DNA of 63,021 nucleotides, counting the filler, from Reticulomyxa filosa (lineage: Eukaryota > Protista > Foraminifera): assembly GCA_000512085.1 (NCBI GenBank). It is 14 parts of 14 records of this genome, joined end to end, with 100 filler letters (N's around TTAATTAATTAA, not from the genome) between each part and the next. Parts side by side here need not be neighbours in the genome. Positions count along the whole stretch, not along the records: positions 26,926 to 33,068 come from ASPP01020287.1; positions 33,169 to 35,519 come from ASPP01027865.1; positions 35,620 to 36,673 come from ASPP01041142.1; positions 36,774 to 38,625 come from ASPP01023219.1; positions 38,726 to 40,289 come from ASPP01013906.1; positions 40,390 to 45,741 come from ASPP01033166.1; 8 more parts are not named here. One strand, written 5' to 3'. How positions within the stretch are numbered: the stretch's first letter is position 1; the number at the start of each line of letters is the position of its first letter. The notes below the pieces were generated by a model. The model was not told the DNA's origin, did no database searches, and saw nothing but the letters and a program-made list of their open reading frames with translations. This document shows positions 26,926 through 40,779 of this stretch, in pieces. Both the position numbers and the translations under genes were made by a program.

Positions 26926-27426
26926 TTTTTTTAAAAAAAAAAAAAAAAGGGAAGGTGTTTGCAAAACTCAAGTTGGTAAATAGTACATGAAAGGTCATAT
27001 TAAATCCATTATGTATTCGCTCCACATCAATGAAAGACACTCGATCCATTTCAATGGATAATAACTCGGCCACGCTCACTTTCAGCTCTTGCTTTTGCTG
27101 ATTCAACTGGCTTTGATACTCGGGCGACATGTCCTTGGGCTGTGTGTACACACTTCTTTGCGATTGTATTCGTTGCTCGCCCCAATGGCAGTGAGCTGCT
27201 CATGACTCACGCGCAACTCCACGATGAACTTCATTTCGTACACCCAGCCTTTCACCCCCTTTCTGTCTTCGTTCGCCGTCGAGTCTCGCGTCAAATTGCG
27301 TATCAGCTGCGAATGTCCACGTGACCCTGTGTCCAACTTCATGTCCACGTCGCTGGAGTTCTTCCGGTTCTGTGCGTGAATACTCAATGCCTCATTACTC
27401 AGCATTTGCAATTTGTTTTCTATCTT

Positions 27427-27462
<36 letters not shown>

Positions 27463-28800
27463 TTGTTGTGATGGTAGTTGCTGCTCCCCATTCTCACTCT
27501 GTATTGTCGCTTGACTTACTAATGAGATGCTTTTTGCCTTGTTATTTGCACTTAAGTTATTACTGTTAACAGACCCCATTGCCAGTGGATTGGCCAGTTT
27601 AATTTTTGATTTCAATTTGATTATTTCCTTGGGTTTTTTGTTTTGTTTTAAAAATTATATATCATATTACTTAATGGGGCCGCATATGTGCACCTTATAT
27701 TATCACACATATACACAAATGTTTGTGCATACAAAAATACGCAGAGGATAGCAGCTTCGCAAAAAACTCTTTTCCTTTCAAAATTGTAAGGGTCAACACA
27801 AACAACATCAAATGGATAACAAACTCAACGCACTGCCAACAAGAGCTTGTATCGAGGTATCCTTTGAACTGGTGCGATTAACAAGTTCTCAATCTTTTGA
27901 TGCCAATAGTTTTTGCCCTTTTTGTGTGTTCAACATTTCATATAATTTGTATATTACGTTCATTCTTTTTTTTTTTTTTTATTTTATTTTATTGGAAGTA
28001 GATAGATACACTTGAGGAAATAAAAAAATTAAAACATAAGCAAACAAAGAAGTCCACAAAACTGGTAAAATCTTCTTTAGTTCTGGAAATTGCGATGAGA
28101 CTTTTTTCATCTCTTCTGCGATCCAATTATATCGTAAGACATAATACGTATACACTCGAAAGGTCGGAACCTTTTTTTTTTTAATGGGAAAAAAAAAGGG
28201 GGAGGAGACAAAGGAGGGGGGGGGGGAAGTAAATAAAAAGTAGTTTATCAAATAATATGTGCAGTTTTTGACATCCCCCTCTTGCTCTTATTTTTTTTTA
28301 TTTTTTTTCTTTGGACAAAGAACAAGAACAAGAAAAAAAAAAAAAACCAAACGAATTGCAAAAATAATTGAGGGATTTGTGAAGACGGCCAACAGTCCAA
28401 TTCCCGTTCCAAATTTTCTGACAACAGATAATGAATGCCATTGATAATCAGTATTTCCAAAAAATATGCGTGGATTTTTTCTTCGCTCAACACTTTGGTT
28501 TCTAACATTTTATTGATATACTCCTGTTTTTGTGTGATGAAAGTGTAGCATATTTCGTGTACCTTGATTTAAAAAAAAAAAAAAGAGTCTGGCTTTTTAC
28601 ACGAAGAGAATGCACTTGTCTTTGCAATTATTCATTACCCGTCTCAATTGGTTGAGAGACTTCAAATAACTTCGTTCTGTTTGAGCTAGCTCTTGAACTG
28701 CTAAGAAAATCGCATTTTCTGCCTCATGCTGCACTGTATCGCCAGGAATTGTCATTTTGAGATTTAGTTCTTTTAAACTCTCAGAAACAAAATTAGGCAA
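26926..28800 (-). CDS. Dbl-homology (RhoGEF) protein with poly-Q, 3' partial
   Basis: AVQELAQTERSYLKSL (DH CR1); PTFRVYTYYV; IENLLIAPVQRIPRYKLLL (DH CR3, ~27835-27900); (CAA/CAG)n poly-Q at ~27428-27470. Confidence 0.88.
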
Positions 28801-30754
28801 TACACATGATAAAAAAAATAATATGTATGCTTCCTTGCGTTTTGTACAACTTTTTTCGAATTAAATTATACAACGACAAATAATTTGAATGTAGGATAGC
28901 ACGAAAACAAAAAATTTTTAATTTTTGTTTGGACGTGTTCAAAATTTACAATGAATGTACTAGTAATGATCGTTATCAAATCTAAACATTTAATTCAGTG
29001 TTTGAAAATAGTAGCAAATACCACATTATGTAGAAAACATGTAGGGCAAGTCCCTGCTACAGATGGCTTAATTCTGAAAGATTTGAGGAGCCCCATTGGG
29101 TTAAACTTCTCCACCAACTTTCTTCACTCTTTGTTTTGTTTTCTTTCTTTTATTTATTTAATTTACTTTTGTTTTGCCGAAACCGATCTTTTTAAGTAAA
29201 CCTTTTCGTATTACATTCAATGCAGTCTCTTATCAGCAGCAGACGTCCCACAAACAGTGTAATATTTAGTCAAGTAATATAATAATTACCGCTTAAGTAA
29301 CATAACAAAATAGAACAAATAATTCAGAAATATGTGGCGAGGCTGTACTGTATACTGCCAAGATTCAAGTGACCCTGAAATTCCCTTTTCCCAAAAATTT
29401 AGCAGCCAATTTCTTCTCTTACTTTCTTCCCTCCTTCCATTTATACGCTTTCCTTTTATTTACTAAATTCATTTTTGTTCTATTGAAATTAACTCAAGAA
29501 AAGCACCTTTCGTATTACATTTGTGTTTTTGTATCAGAGCCCGTCACAAACTAAAATGAATTTACAATTACATATGCATTGAAAAGGTATACATATAGCA
29601 TATAACGCAATGACATTTAATTTTTAAAAAACACTTTCATATAATGTAGAAAGTGAAAATTTTGCACACTTCGCGATAGTTCAATATACGTGACAAAAAA
29701 AAATAATATCATATTGTAATCCTAATTGCCATGCGTTATCAAAACAATGAATGTGTGCACATAATTTCATTTTGTACAACCGATTACACATTATGAATAT
29801 GTTAAAAATTTGCATATGCATGATATTCAACTCACAATACAGTTGAAAAAAATATTAACAACCAGAGCAAACTATTGGTCGATTGTATTTGCATGAATAA
29901 TGCGTTTATTTGAGAAAATGTTATATTTTTTAGATTGAAACGTTATTTCATGGATTGAGAGAATCAAAAAGCATTGTGATGCAACCTATCTAAAAAAGTT
30001 TCTAAAGCATGTTCGCTTTGGATGCACGGTTTGTTTGATTCTCAGTTATCCACTAATCTTTTGCCAAATTTTTTTTGCAATGTCATTGTGCGCTCCCTTA
30101 AAATAAAATTAAGTTGCTACAAAATTTTATGCGAACAAAATTTAGCTCATCTAAGCTTTGCCTGAAAAAGGAACAAATTATTGTTAATAACACGACCTAG
30201 TTTCAATTTTGGGGGCAAATGTTTCTTTTTATTCACTTTTCTGACCATATGTAAAACGTCTAATAAAGACAAGGTCTATGAAGAAGAAACGATTAAAATA
30301 AAAAATGAAAATTGTAATAAGTTCTATTTTGAAACAAAGCAACATCAGACATATTGAGTGGAATAACGTATTTTGCAAAAAACATTAAAAAAAAATAGCA
30401 AGTTCGGAAACAAAAAAAACTCTAACATGGCTTCATTGGTAAACAGTGGAAGAGGGGCACGAAAGGAAAATTTTTTGAAAGTTGGAACTAACGCCTCACC
30501 TATGATCAGACATAAGAACAAATTTTTTGGTTTTTTTTTCCCTCAAACCAAACAATGAATACCAATGATCGTTACAATGCTTGCAACTTGTACATATGGA
30601 CACAATCCAAAGCCATGGATGATTTTGAAAAAGACAAAACAAACAGATCCAAACAAACATTGACAACAAAAAGAAAGATAAGCAAAACAAGACAAACAAT
30701 ATTTAAAAAAGAAAATGAATAATTGTTTGATGTGTGCAATGATGGGCTATGAGT

Positions 30755-31160
30755 TTATCTATGTGGACGAACGACAGTAAGACGTTCATGCAAAGGCACA
30801 GAAGGCTCTTTGTCTCCATAGCTAATGGACAGTTCATTTGTCAAAGTGTAGGAATGCTCTATTTCACTTGGGTTTGTCGTATGCGTAGGATGATTGGCAA
30901 ATGGCGGGCGATCTGTTGTTTCTCTCTTTTCCTCCTCCTCGTCACGTTCATATTCCTCCTCTTCATCATTTTCATTCTCGTCCTCTTCGTCGCCCACAAT
31001 TAGTTTAGACGCTTTGGCTTGAAGCATTTTGTCGTGTTGTATAGTGTTTGCAATAGGTGAAGAAATATTACTATTCGCATCTATATCATTACTCGGAACC
31101 CGATGTTTTCGATGCTTCTTTTTAATATTTATTTGTGGTTCTTGTTTATTATTGTTATTA

Positions 31161-31240
<80 letters not shown>

Positions 31241-32082
31241 GTTATTATTGATATGAGCAGTACTGGTCGTAACAAAGGTACTCGTATTATTTGTATTGTC
31301 AGTTTGATTGATAGTGACACTCTCGCTATTTTTTTGTTATTGTCGTTTGTAAAGACATAAGTCTTTGTTGGCTGACGCGGATCAAATCTCGTCGTGGTCA
31401 AAATGGAGGATTCGTCGACGGTGCTTGCGCCATCGGAGGTCGCAGAGACGTGTCGATGGTGATGATGGCGATCCATTTCAATTTCCATTTGCGCCTCCAT
31501 GGTACTCCCTGAAATGCGTCGGAGTTGATCAAAAATCGGGTTGTTGCTATGGTGGTCGTCCATAGCATTACTTGTGCTCTTTTTATGCATATGCTTTCGA
31601 ATGCGAGCCCGGACTGGGCGACGTAGCGTTTTACTCAACTCGTTTTCTTTTTTGCGAAATGATCTATACATGCAACTTATCCATATGCACTCGCCGACAT
31701 TCACTATCAACACACTCGCGATAATATGCAAGGTAAACAGCAGTATCCCTCCTACGAGTAATGGTGATGTGCCATGCATTTTGGATAGTTGCTCTTGTTT
31801 GTATATGTAATGATAGTTATAACTATGTCCTACTATTTTTGTTATAATCCCGTACGAGTTCAAATATGTATTCTTTTCTTTTGTTATAAATACATCAAAT
31901 AATAACATTATCAAAAGCATCGTTATAAACATCCCCACATATACTAATAGCCGTGTCTTGTGATGACCCAAGCACGACTGACAGCTTTCTATCATCACTT
32001 TTCTTGCGTTTAACAAGACATTAGCTCTCCTAGTCCTTGCTGAACGGATACAACGACAAAGACAGGAGTTATTACCACACAT
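30755..32082 (-). CDS. Two-TM hypothetical protein with poly-Asn and acidic tail
   Basis: Two hydrophobic segments in ORF 31129-32082; adding one base to the T7 run at 31329-31335 changes the poly-Ile frame to poly-Asn and joins it to ORF 30755-31027. Confidence 0.6.
31149..31249. repeat. (ATT)n trinucleotide microsatellite
   Basis: About 100 nt of ATT with occasional GTT units. Confidence 0.95.
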
Positions 32083-32709
32083 TTGTTATTTAATTTTGTT
32101 CCTTCTGTGAGAAGAGATGATGATTTACAGAAAGGAAAAAAAGGGACACACGATACATAATACTTTTTTTAATTAATAACTACTTCTGCGAAAGAAAAAA
32201 AAATGTAAGACAAAGTTTGCATGTCGAATGTAAATGACGATTATTGTTTCTATTTATTGTAAATAAGCCATGCTTGGTTTACTTTGCAAACTATAACTGT
32301 TAATATGGCATACGACACTATCGGATCTTTTAGTACATGAAAAGTATGTTTCAATTCTAAACTGTTAATAGGCATCGTCAAAAACTAGTTTGTTGTCGAT
32401 CAGCATCCTCCAAAATATTTTTTTAGAACCAATACATAAAAGCTGAAATTCTATACCATTTTCTTTTTGCGTTGTAATGCGTTTCGATTGCATTATTTTC
32501 TCCTCAATTTTTTTGCACGATTGGGTTTCGTGTTTTTATTTTGGATAGAAAAAACGCAGACGAAAGAGCACTTTTGAAAAAGTATAGAAACGTTTACAGA
32601 GGAAAGACTGTGGCTAGCAAGGGGGGGGGGGAGTAACAAAAGTGAAGCACTTTTGTTAATTGTTCGAATGTCTCTCTGTGGGTTCGGGGAACATTGAGAA
32701 ATACAGATA

Positions 32710-33068
32710 ATGCAAAAAGATGTGGATTTTTTGGCGGCTTGCTCAACAACAGAGTTTGAAACATATGTGAAAGGGTTGGAAGATAGAGACTGTGACCGAG
32801 TGATGGAATTGTTGAGGGAGCGGATAACGAAAGAAGAGATGGGCCGTGGCAATGTAGAAAAGAAGAGTGATATGCAAAACGCGACAAGACCGCCGAAAAA
32901 AAGGGAAAGGAATCAAAGCAAGGCCAAATCGAGAAAGAAAGAAAAAACGACGACAAGAGAAGCAGGAGCAAGAGCAGAAGGAGAAGAAGAAGAAGAAGAA
33001 AGAGAAGGAAGAAGAAAAGAAGGAGGAGGAGGAGGAGGAGAAGAAGAAGAAGAAGAAAAAAAAGAAGG
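32710..33068 (+). CDS. 5' part of a Lys/Glu-rich hypothetical protein (partial)
   Basis: ATG-initiated ORF running into (GAA/GGA)n repeats at the contig end. Confidence 0.5.
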
Positions 33069-35689
33069 NNNNNNNNNNNNNNNNNNNNNNNNNNNNNNNN
33101 NNNNNNNNNNNNTTAATTAATTAANNNNNNNNNNNNNNNNNNNNNNNNNNNNNNNNNNNNNNNNNNNNCAGGCTCAAAAAAAATGAAAAATGACCCACAA
33201 TTAGAATAAAATGACCCATAATTGAAAAAAAAAAAGAATACTGACGTATGTACTGATTTACTGCGAATGCCTGTGGAAAAAAAATGTGTTATCTTCGAAT
33301 TGAATAATAATCCTTTTGGTTTATTGACAATTTTTTGTCCAAATTACAAAAAGGAACTTCGGTCGTCGTTCTGTAAACGTTGCTACTTTTCTCTCAAAAG
33401 TTTTAGCTTGATCATTTGATCCAGTAACAATGCTGTAGCTGTTACTTAAAGCATTTTGAGGGATCTTGTCGCAATGACTTTGATGGCATAACTTATGCTT
33501 AAACCCTTTCTCAACAGTTTGCATTTGTCGTCAATGGTCAAAAGAATTTTATATACGTGCAGGACGTTTGAGATTTAGGTTATGAATGAAGTCAAGTAAA
33601 CCATTTTGGGCAAATACAACAGACACTTTCATGCAGTGACTGTGCAGGCATATAAAAAAAAACGCTGGGTATGATTTTCATGACACAGTAAAATGATTTT
33701 TTGATTTTCATAATCTTTTGGAAACAAATTACTCGAGTCCTAGACAATATCTTGTTGAACTTGGATAACTTTACCGAGAGATGAGAAATTTGCAAGTTTT
33801 ATTCTATCTGTTTTTAAATTTAATTTGTGACCTGAAAAATTGGTTGCGAACAAATACATTACATTGATTGCATTTACACATGTTGTTAAAACGACACGAC
33901 TCAGAAAAAAAAGTAATTGAATAAGAAAGAATGCAAAAACAGAAAAGAGAAAGCCTTTTTTTTTTTAAAGAAGCGTAACATTTTAGTATTGGTCAACAGG
34001 AAAAAATCATTATGTTTCGTTCTGTAATTAAGATTTCTTATTTTCTTCTAAATATGACAAAAATATGTGATAATTTTTCTCAATGCACAAATACTTGCTT
34101 TTCGTTGCTGTGACATAACAACATCCAAAGACATTCCAATAAACGAATATTTGAGACGGAGTTTATTAAGATCGTTTTTTTGTTTTGTTTTTCGCTGTTC
34201 GTTTTTATTTTGTCCTGTAATGAAGATTACAGATATATTTTTTTTGCTGAAACACGCAACAGAAATTTCCTTTTTTATTACGTATTTCTTCAAATGGTAA
34301 ATGTTGTTTGTTTATAGTTCGACTTTTCGCAAATAATTGCAATAACGTTATTGCAAAAGCTGCCAAACTTGTGGACTGAATTAAAAGCACATGTGATAAT
34401 AAAACAAAAAAAACAACAGATTAGTAAATCCAACTTTCAACTCCAAAAGCTAGCCAAATTCTACAAGGTAAGCACCAAACAAGGACCGTATGTACACTCA
34501 ACAGGCGTTGAAGATATTCAATTATGCATTTGTCCACAAATTCATGTGATCTCTTTTTGTACTAGCACAATACAGTCTATTTTTGCATATTGCAAAACTC
34601 TTCATCAGCCAAATTCATTTCTACATCGGCATTTTTATAATCAGTAAAGTTTGAGCGCTCTTATTGTCTTCGATTTCAGTGTTTTGAAATGAAATTTCGC
34701 TTTTGATTTTTTGTTATTTCTCAATACAAGAATTTTTAGAAATCAAGTTAGGCTTTTCTTGATCAACATTACATCAAACGTAGCATGTTCAACACAAAGA
34801 ACAAACAACATTAAAAGAAAAATTTTAATTGTAAAAAATACTTGACAATGAGCGACGTGATTGCAGCAATTTATCTTATTTGAAACAAATCGCAATTTCG
34901 AAGATATGGCTTATGTTATAAACCTTTGGGCAATCAATAAAGCCACATTAAAGAGTCATAAGTGTGCATCCAAAATTTTTTTCCACATAGTGCTAATCCG
35001 TTTGCTGTCAAAAATCTTTGTAGGAATAGTTTGCGTTATTTTTTCTTAAAAAAAGTTACAACTAAATTATGCCAATTCAAGCATAGGTCACGATGATTTA
35101 TATAATCATACATAACACATAAAATGAACGAGCTTTAATCTCACTACATCACCACGATGCCAAATTATTTCGTGTACAAAAAATGTGCACACATTTAAAA
35201 TATTCACTTTCATAATAATGGCATGTGGCAGGTAATAATAAAATGTATCTTGCGCAAAATATAACAGTACTTTCTTAAATAACCAAAACAAAACTACACA
35301 AAAACAACGCGGATATCTTCACAACTGATTCTAGTTTCAAAAATTATAAAAAAAGAATCAATCATAACAAGAATTGCTTTGCATTGCACCATGACATAGA
35401 AAAAAATTGAAAAAAAGGGACTACGTTCCCCCTTGTAACTCGTTGATTTAATTGATTTTGGTATATATTTTGTATTTGACAAAACAAGATGAATAGACAC
35501 AATAACTGACTTAACTAGTNNNNNNNNNNNNNNNNNNNNNNNNNNNNNNNNNNNNNNNNNNNNTTAATTAATTAANNNNNNNNNNNNNNNNNNNNNNNNN
35601 NNNNNNNNNNNNNNNNNNNTTTTTTTATGCATTTTTTTTTTAAATTTTTTAAAAAAAAAATTCAACGAAAAAACAACAAAAAAACAAAA

Positions 35690-36673
35690 AAAAGTGTATG
35701 TTACGCGCGTGGGATACACAAGGTATGAAGGCATACGAAAACGCGTGCGACATCTTCAAGGACTCCAACGCTCCCGTCTCGCGCGTCACGTTGAATTGTC
35801 GCTTCGAAACGCAAGACAAACACTCGTTCCGATATTTGTCCGACTACTTGCCGCTTGTGAGAGAGCTGTGCGTGCTTCGAATGCCGACCGTGCATGCCGT
35901 GGACCAGTCCGAATTTGACCCCTTCTTCGGACTCCATTTGGACAAGTGGAGTCACTTGCGTGCCATTCAAGTTCATTCCGACTGTCTGTGTAGCTTTGTT
36001 TGGAAACATCACCACGAATTGTGCAATTTGCAAGAGCTGGTCATTCACCCTTGTCTTACTGCGGGAGCCATACCATTGTTGAAACATGTCACGTTTACGA
36101 GTGTTCGTACTGTCACCATTTGCTATGATTTCACTCATTTGCACATTTCAAACACTATGTTTGTTTGTTTGTTTGTTTATTTTTATTTATGCATGCTTGT
36201 GTATATATATGTACTCATACATGTGTGTACATGTACGTTATCTTCTTTATACGTACAAAACAAACACATACATATACATACATATATATATATATATTTA
36301 TATGTATGAATGTATGTATGTATTGTGTAATGAAAAGTGATGAAAATACATTCAATGGCGTTCAAGCAGACATTGGGATATTGTTGAAAATGATGCCAAG
36401 TGTAGAGGAGCTAAAGATAGGTCTGACGAATACGTATTTCTTTTCTCCCGAGTATGTAACGCAGCATCAACCAATGCATGGGATTGCGTGGGACAAGGTC
36501 TTTGAGTGGAGTTACCACTCCAAAGCTTCCAATCAGTGTTTGTCACTTACAGTGGGGATTGACGCCTTTGGATTTTTAAATTATTTGCAAAAGTTAGAAA
36601 AACAATTTGCCACGAATTTGTTATTGCAAGCTTCCTCTTCCTCCTCCTCCTCCTCCTCCTCCTCCTCCTCCTC
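35690..36673 (+). CDS. LRR-like protein fragment (internal exons)
   Basis: LPLVRELCV, WSHLRAIQV, LCNLQELVI, FTSVRTVTI, MPSVEELKI; intron ~36160-36337; ends in (TCC)n poly-Ser. Confidence 0.6.
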
Positions 36674-38183
36674 NNNNNNNNNNNNNNNNNNNNNNNNNNN
36701 NNNNNNNNNNNNNNNNNTTAATTAATTAANNNNNNNNNNNNNNNNNNNNNNNNNNNNNNNNNNNNNNNNNNNNTGACATTTTAGGTGTCAACTTTACTTT
36801 GCATTATATAATCATACAAATTATGTAGAAAAATAATTTCAGTATTCTACAATTATATACTAGCAATATAACTATTTTTCTAAATAGTATTAAAAGAAAA
36901 CACTGTGTGCATATATATTATCTGAATCCTGAGTTTTTTCCAACAAAAAAAGTGTTTTCAATGATCTGATACAAGTTGCTATTACGATTTATGATTTTTA
37001 TAATTAAAATTATCAAATTATTTATGAGACAAATACTTAGCCTAAAAAATATTCAAATGATAGCAACAATTTGATATTGTGTATTAAATTAAATTGTGCT
37101 AATATCAAACTGATTGAACAAATAAAGGATATTATACACTATTAATCAAAGAAAAAAATCAACAGCAATATGCTCGAGACTAATATGTGTGTTTGCAAAA
37201 CAAGTGTGTCTGCAATCTTTCTTTTGAACATTTCTTCTTATTGCCTTTTTGTCGAATAATTAGTAGTTGACTATGCTTGGTTTTGATACAATTTATCACT
37301 TGTTTGGACTTGAGTTAGCTGCCACATTTACAGAAATTTTGTCATTACAATGCAGCACGTATGTATAATTTGCTGTAGTCACCATATTAGCTGTCAATAG
37401 ACTTGATTTTTGCCTTGTCGTAAGACATATGTATTTCTTTCAAGTTTCATTAACATTTCGCTTTATTCAATACGCTTATAAAAAAAGACTCATAACAATT
37501 TTTAATAATGATGATAATAAAGTTCGAACAAAATTTTTTTTAGGATCCAGAATTCTATATCCCCGTCACCTTTTAAAATTTTAAAAAATTTTCAAAAACA
37601 TTTAATTTTTATCAAATTTCGTTCATTTGTTTTTGTTTTGTCATTTTTGGATAATTGTAAAAAATGGGAACTTTCTTTTCATTTACTACGTAACTGGGAA
37701 ACTATTTAATTATCGGACTGCCTGAGATGATACGTGAACTTTTTTATATCAGTGAAATATCGGAGTTAACACAAAATTTTAGTAGTTTTGGAAGAATCAT
37801 TCCAAGGGAAGTTTAACAATAAACTTTTTCCTCCTAAGCTCTTACTTTAAACATCAAATATCAAACTTCGAACACCGAACATTCTTATCAGTTCGCAGTC
37901 ATACGATCTTTTGCTTCTGACCTCCCTTTCTTTCAGTCAATTAGCAAAGAAAAAGAAAAATTGTGCGGATTTTTTGGAAAAATTGCCACTAAGGCAGACA
38001 GTTATTTATCGTCGTCGTCAGATTCCGATATTGACCCCAAAACCTCGCTCTCGACCTAGAAAAACCCCCTTCGAACGTTGTATCTTCAGTTTCTTCAGTA
38101 CCATCATTTTACTTAAGGGTTTGCTAAATAAAGCCGGCCTTTCCGGCAACTCACAGGTCCTCGAAACCGGAGTGGAAAGGAAA

Positions 38184-38625
38184 ATGGGCTCATCAAGTGT
38201 TGACAACTTTGTCGAAAACACATCAAAAAAAAAACTGCTGTTGGCCAGCACCAGAATTCTCTGGGTAGAAAGGTAAAAAGTGTAGATAAAGGTGCAGACA
38301 GTTATAAAGGCAAGACAGAAGTGGAAAATGGGCAATGCGAGATTTACACACACCGGCTACATGAAGAGGCGGAAATTCGGCTAAGTGAGAAGTATACGTA
38401 TACATACCAGTCGACAATGCAACCAGTTGCAATCTAAGTAGCAGAAAATCGATTGTACGTGAGACGTTTGGGTGCAGAACGAATGATAACCGAACAAGCA
38501 ACAAAAAAACGGGCAATTGCAAATCATCCTGGGGAACAGTTAGGTGCAGAAATTGCAGAAAAACAGTGTGATGTGAGACAAACAAGCGGGGAACGACTAG
38601 TTGCAATACAAGTTGCGGAAAGACA
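38184..38625 (+). pseudogene. Internally repetitive ORF with a frameshift and an in-frame TAA
   Basis: MGSSS start; frameshift at the A-run ~38225-38234; repeats PVAI*VAE / LGAEIAE / LVAIQVAE. Confidence 0.4.
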
Positions 38626-38725
38626 NNNNNNNNNNNNNNNNNNNNNNNNNNNNNNNNNNNNNNNNNNNNTTAATTAATTAANNNNNNNNNNNNNNNNNNN
38701 NNNNNNNNNNNNNNNNNNNNNNNNN

Positions 38726-38761
<36 letters not shown>

Positions 38762-38765
<4 letters not shown>

Positions 38766-40199
38766 CACGTTACAATTGAAAGAACCGCGTCAATTCGATT
38801 GGATGGACAAACGCAAGGAAACATTGAATCTGGTTATTGATCATACAAAGAAAGAAGTTATAATTTCTGTCAATAACGAATGTGGTAAAAGCAATATGAG
38901 CGAATTTTTTAATGACAAAAGCTCTTCTTCTATTGGGAAATTTCCTTGGCATAGCATTCGAAAATGGGAAATTACAGGCTATGATGATCTGAAGAATACT
39001 TGGCAACCCTTTTTTAGGAAAAAACCTTTACTTTTATATCGATCATTGCTTGATCCAAATTCTAGTGGTTTGTGGAGAACAGCAGTATCTTTTTGGAGAA
39101 CGTATACACTTGCAAGCAAAAGAGAAAAGAAAAAAATCAGACGGAAATTGAGAAGTTGTAAAAAAAATTGTGTGATGAGATTGTTGAAGAAATCGAGTGA
39201 AGATGGAATTCAAATAGGCAAAAATCATGGATTTATTGATTACTCTCCTATTGTGTCTTTGTCAGATTTGCATTATAATACTTTGTCTAATTCTGATTAT
39301 CGATGCCAATCACAGTTCCTTATTCAAATGCTATGTGAGATTAAACGAGACTATGCTCATCGACAAAATTTAGAAGCGCTTCGTTGTGACAATTTCTCTG
39401 ATTCCATCCACAAAACAGATTCCAATTCTGCACTTTTTTGCATCACAATTAATGATATAGATAAGGCACTTGCTACAAACGTTGACAGCATTCAATGCCC
39501 TTATTTTAAATTTCAACACAGTTTTTTTTTTTTTTTTTTACCTTGTTTTGTTTACAAATACAAGCAAACAAAGTCAATGGCTAAAATAACCAATTAAGGT
39601 AATTGGGAAAAAGAATTGAAAAAATTGTTCAGTGATATGGCAGAATTACGTAAATGGATTGCCAGGGGATATATCGCAACGGCAAAAGCAGAGAATTCTT
39701 TTGAACATATTCAACACTTGTATGATAACATATTATATCTGAGAGATTTGGTTGACAATCCCATATATCAATTTAATGATGATAACAAACAAGAAATTGA
39801 TGAAAATGAGGAGGAAACAGGAACTGGATTTAACAAAAAGACTGGATTTGTAATTGATGAAAGTAAAGAATCTTTACTTTTGATGGATTTCAATTATGAA
39901 CATAATGAAGATAATACAGATACTAAAATTTACTGGTTGATGTGCAAATTGGAGATGAATTTTCACAAATTTGTCGGGAGGGAATAAACAGTATGAGTAA
40001 TGCAATGATATATATTGTATTTGGTCGATTTATCGATTTTTCAACTGGCAAAAAAGAAACAACTCATTTAATAAACAATGAACTCCGTGAGGGATGGGAT
40101 ATGTATGATATCTTGAAAAATGATGACGCAAACAAAAAAAAAGAGCTTATATCATTGTTTGATATAAACTCTGCGACTTGGCAAGAAAATATAGTTTAA
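38762..40199 (+). CDS. 3' part of a large hypothetical protein
   Basis: ORFs 38776-39597, 39616-39987 and 39942-40199 are linked by an intron (~39521-39599) and an apparent 1-nt frameshift at ~39970; family not recognised. Confidence 0.6.
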
Positions 40200-40779
40200 A
40201 ACAAATTTCACTTTTGTTTTTAAAATTATCAGTGTTACCAAAACACAAAATAAAACAAAAAAAAAAAAAACTCAAATAAACAAAAAAAANNNNNNNNNNN
40301 NNNNNNNNNNNNNNNNNNNNNNNNNNNNNNNNNTTAATTAATTAANNNNNNNNNNNNNNNNNNNNNNNNNNNNNNNNNNNNNNNNNNNNTTTACTGATGA
40401 CACAATTTATAAAATTAATTAATCTTATTGTTTGGTTCCACTTTTAAATAATATCATTATGCTAAGGAAATGTATGTTTGCGAATTGATTTTTTTAACAT
40501 TCTTTTCGTATGTTAATTAACAAAAGAAAAGGTAGCATCGAAGATTTGAGATAAGTGATACATTATAAGAAAAGTGAGAACAGTTCAGTTGGAAATTTTT
40601 ATAAATTTTAATTTGCAATAATGCGAGAATTGCATTCGCAAAAAGCCAAACATAAAAAAAACAACAAATAACAACCACAAATGACAACAGCAAAAAACAA
40701 AGATACAAACACACTAACAATATTTTTTGATGAATAAAAAACTTTATTCTAACATAAGTAAAGCTAAGCATTAGAATGT

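Noticed and set aside
31029-31360. Poly-Leu and poly-Ile ORFs
   Set aside because: Antisense or alternative-frame readings of an (AAT)n poly-Asn tract
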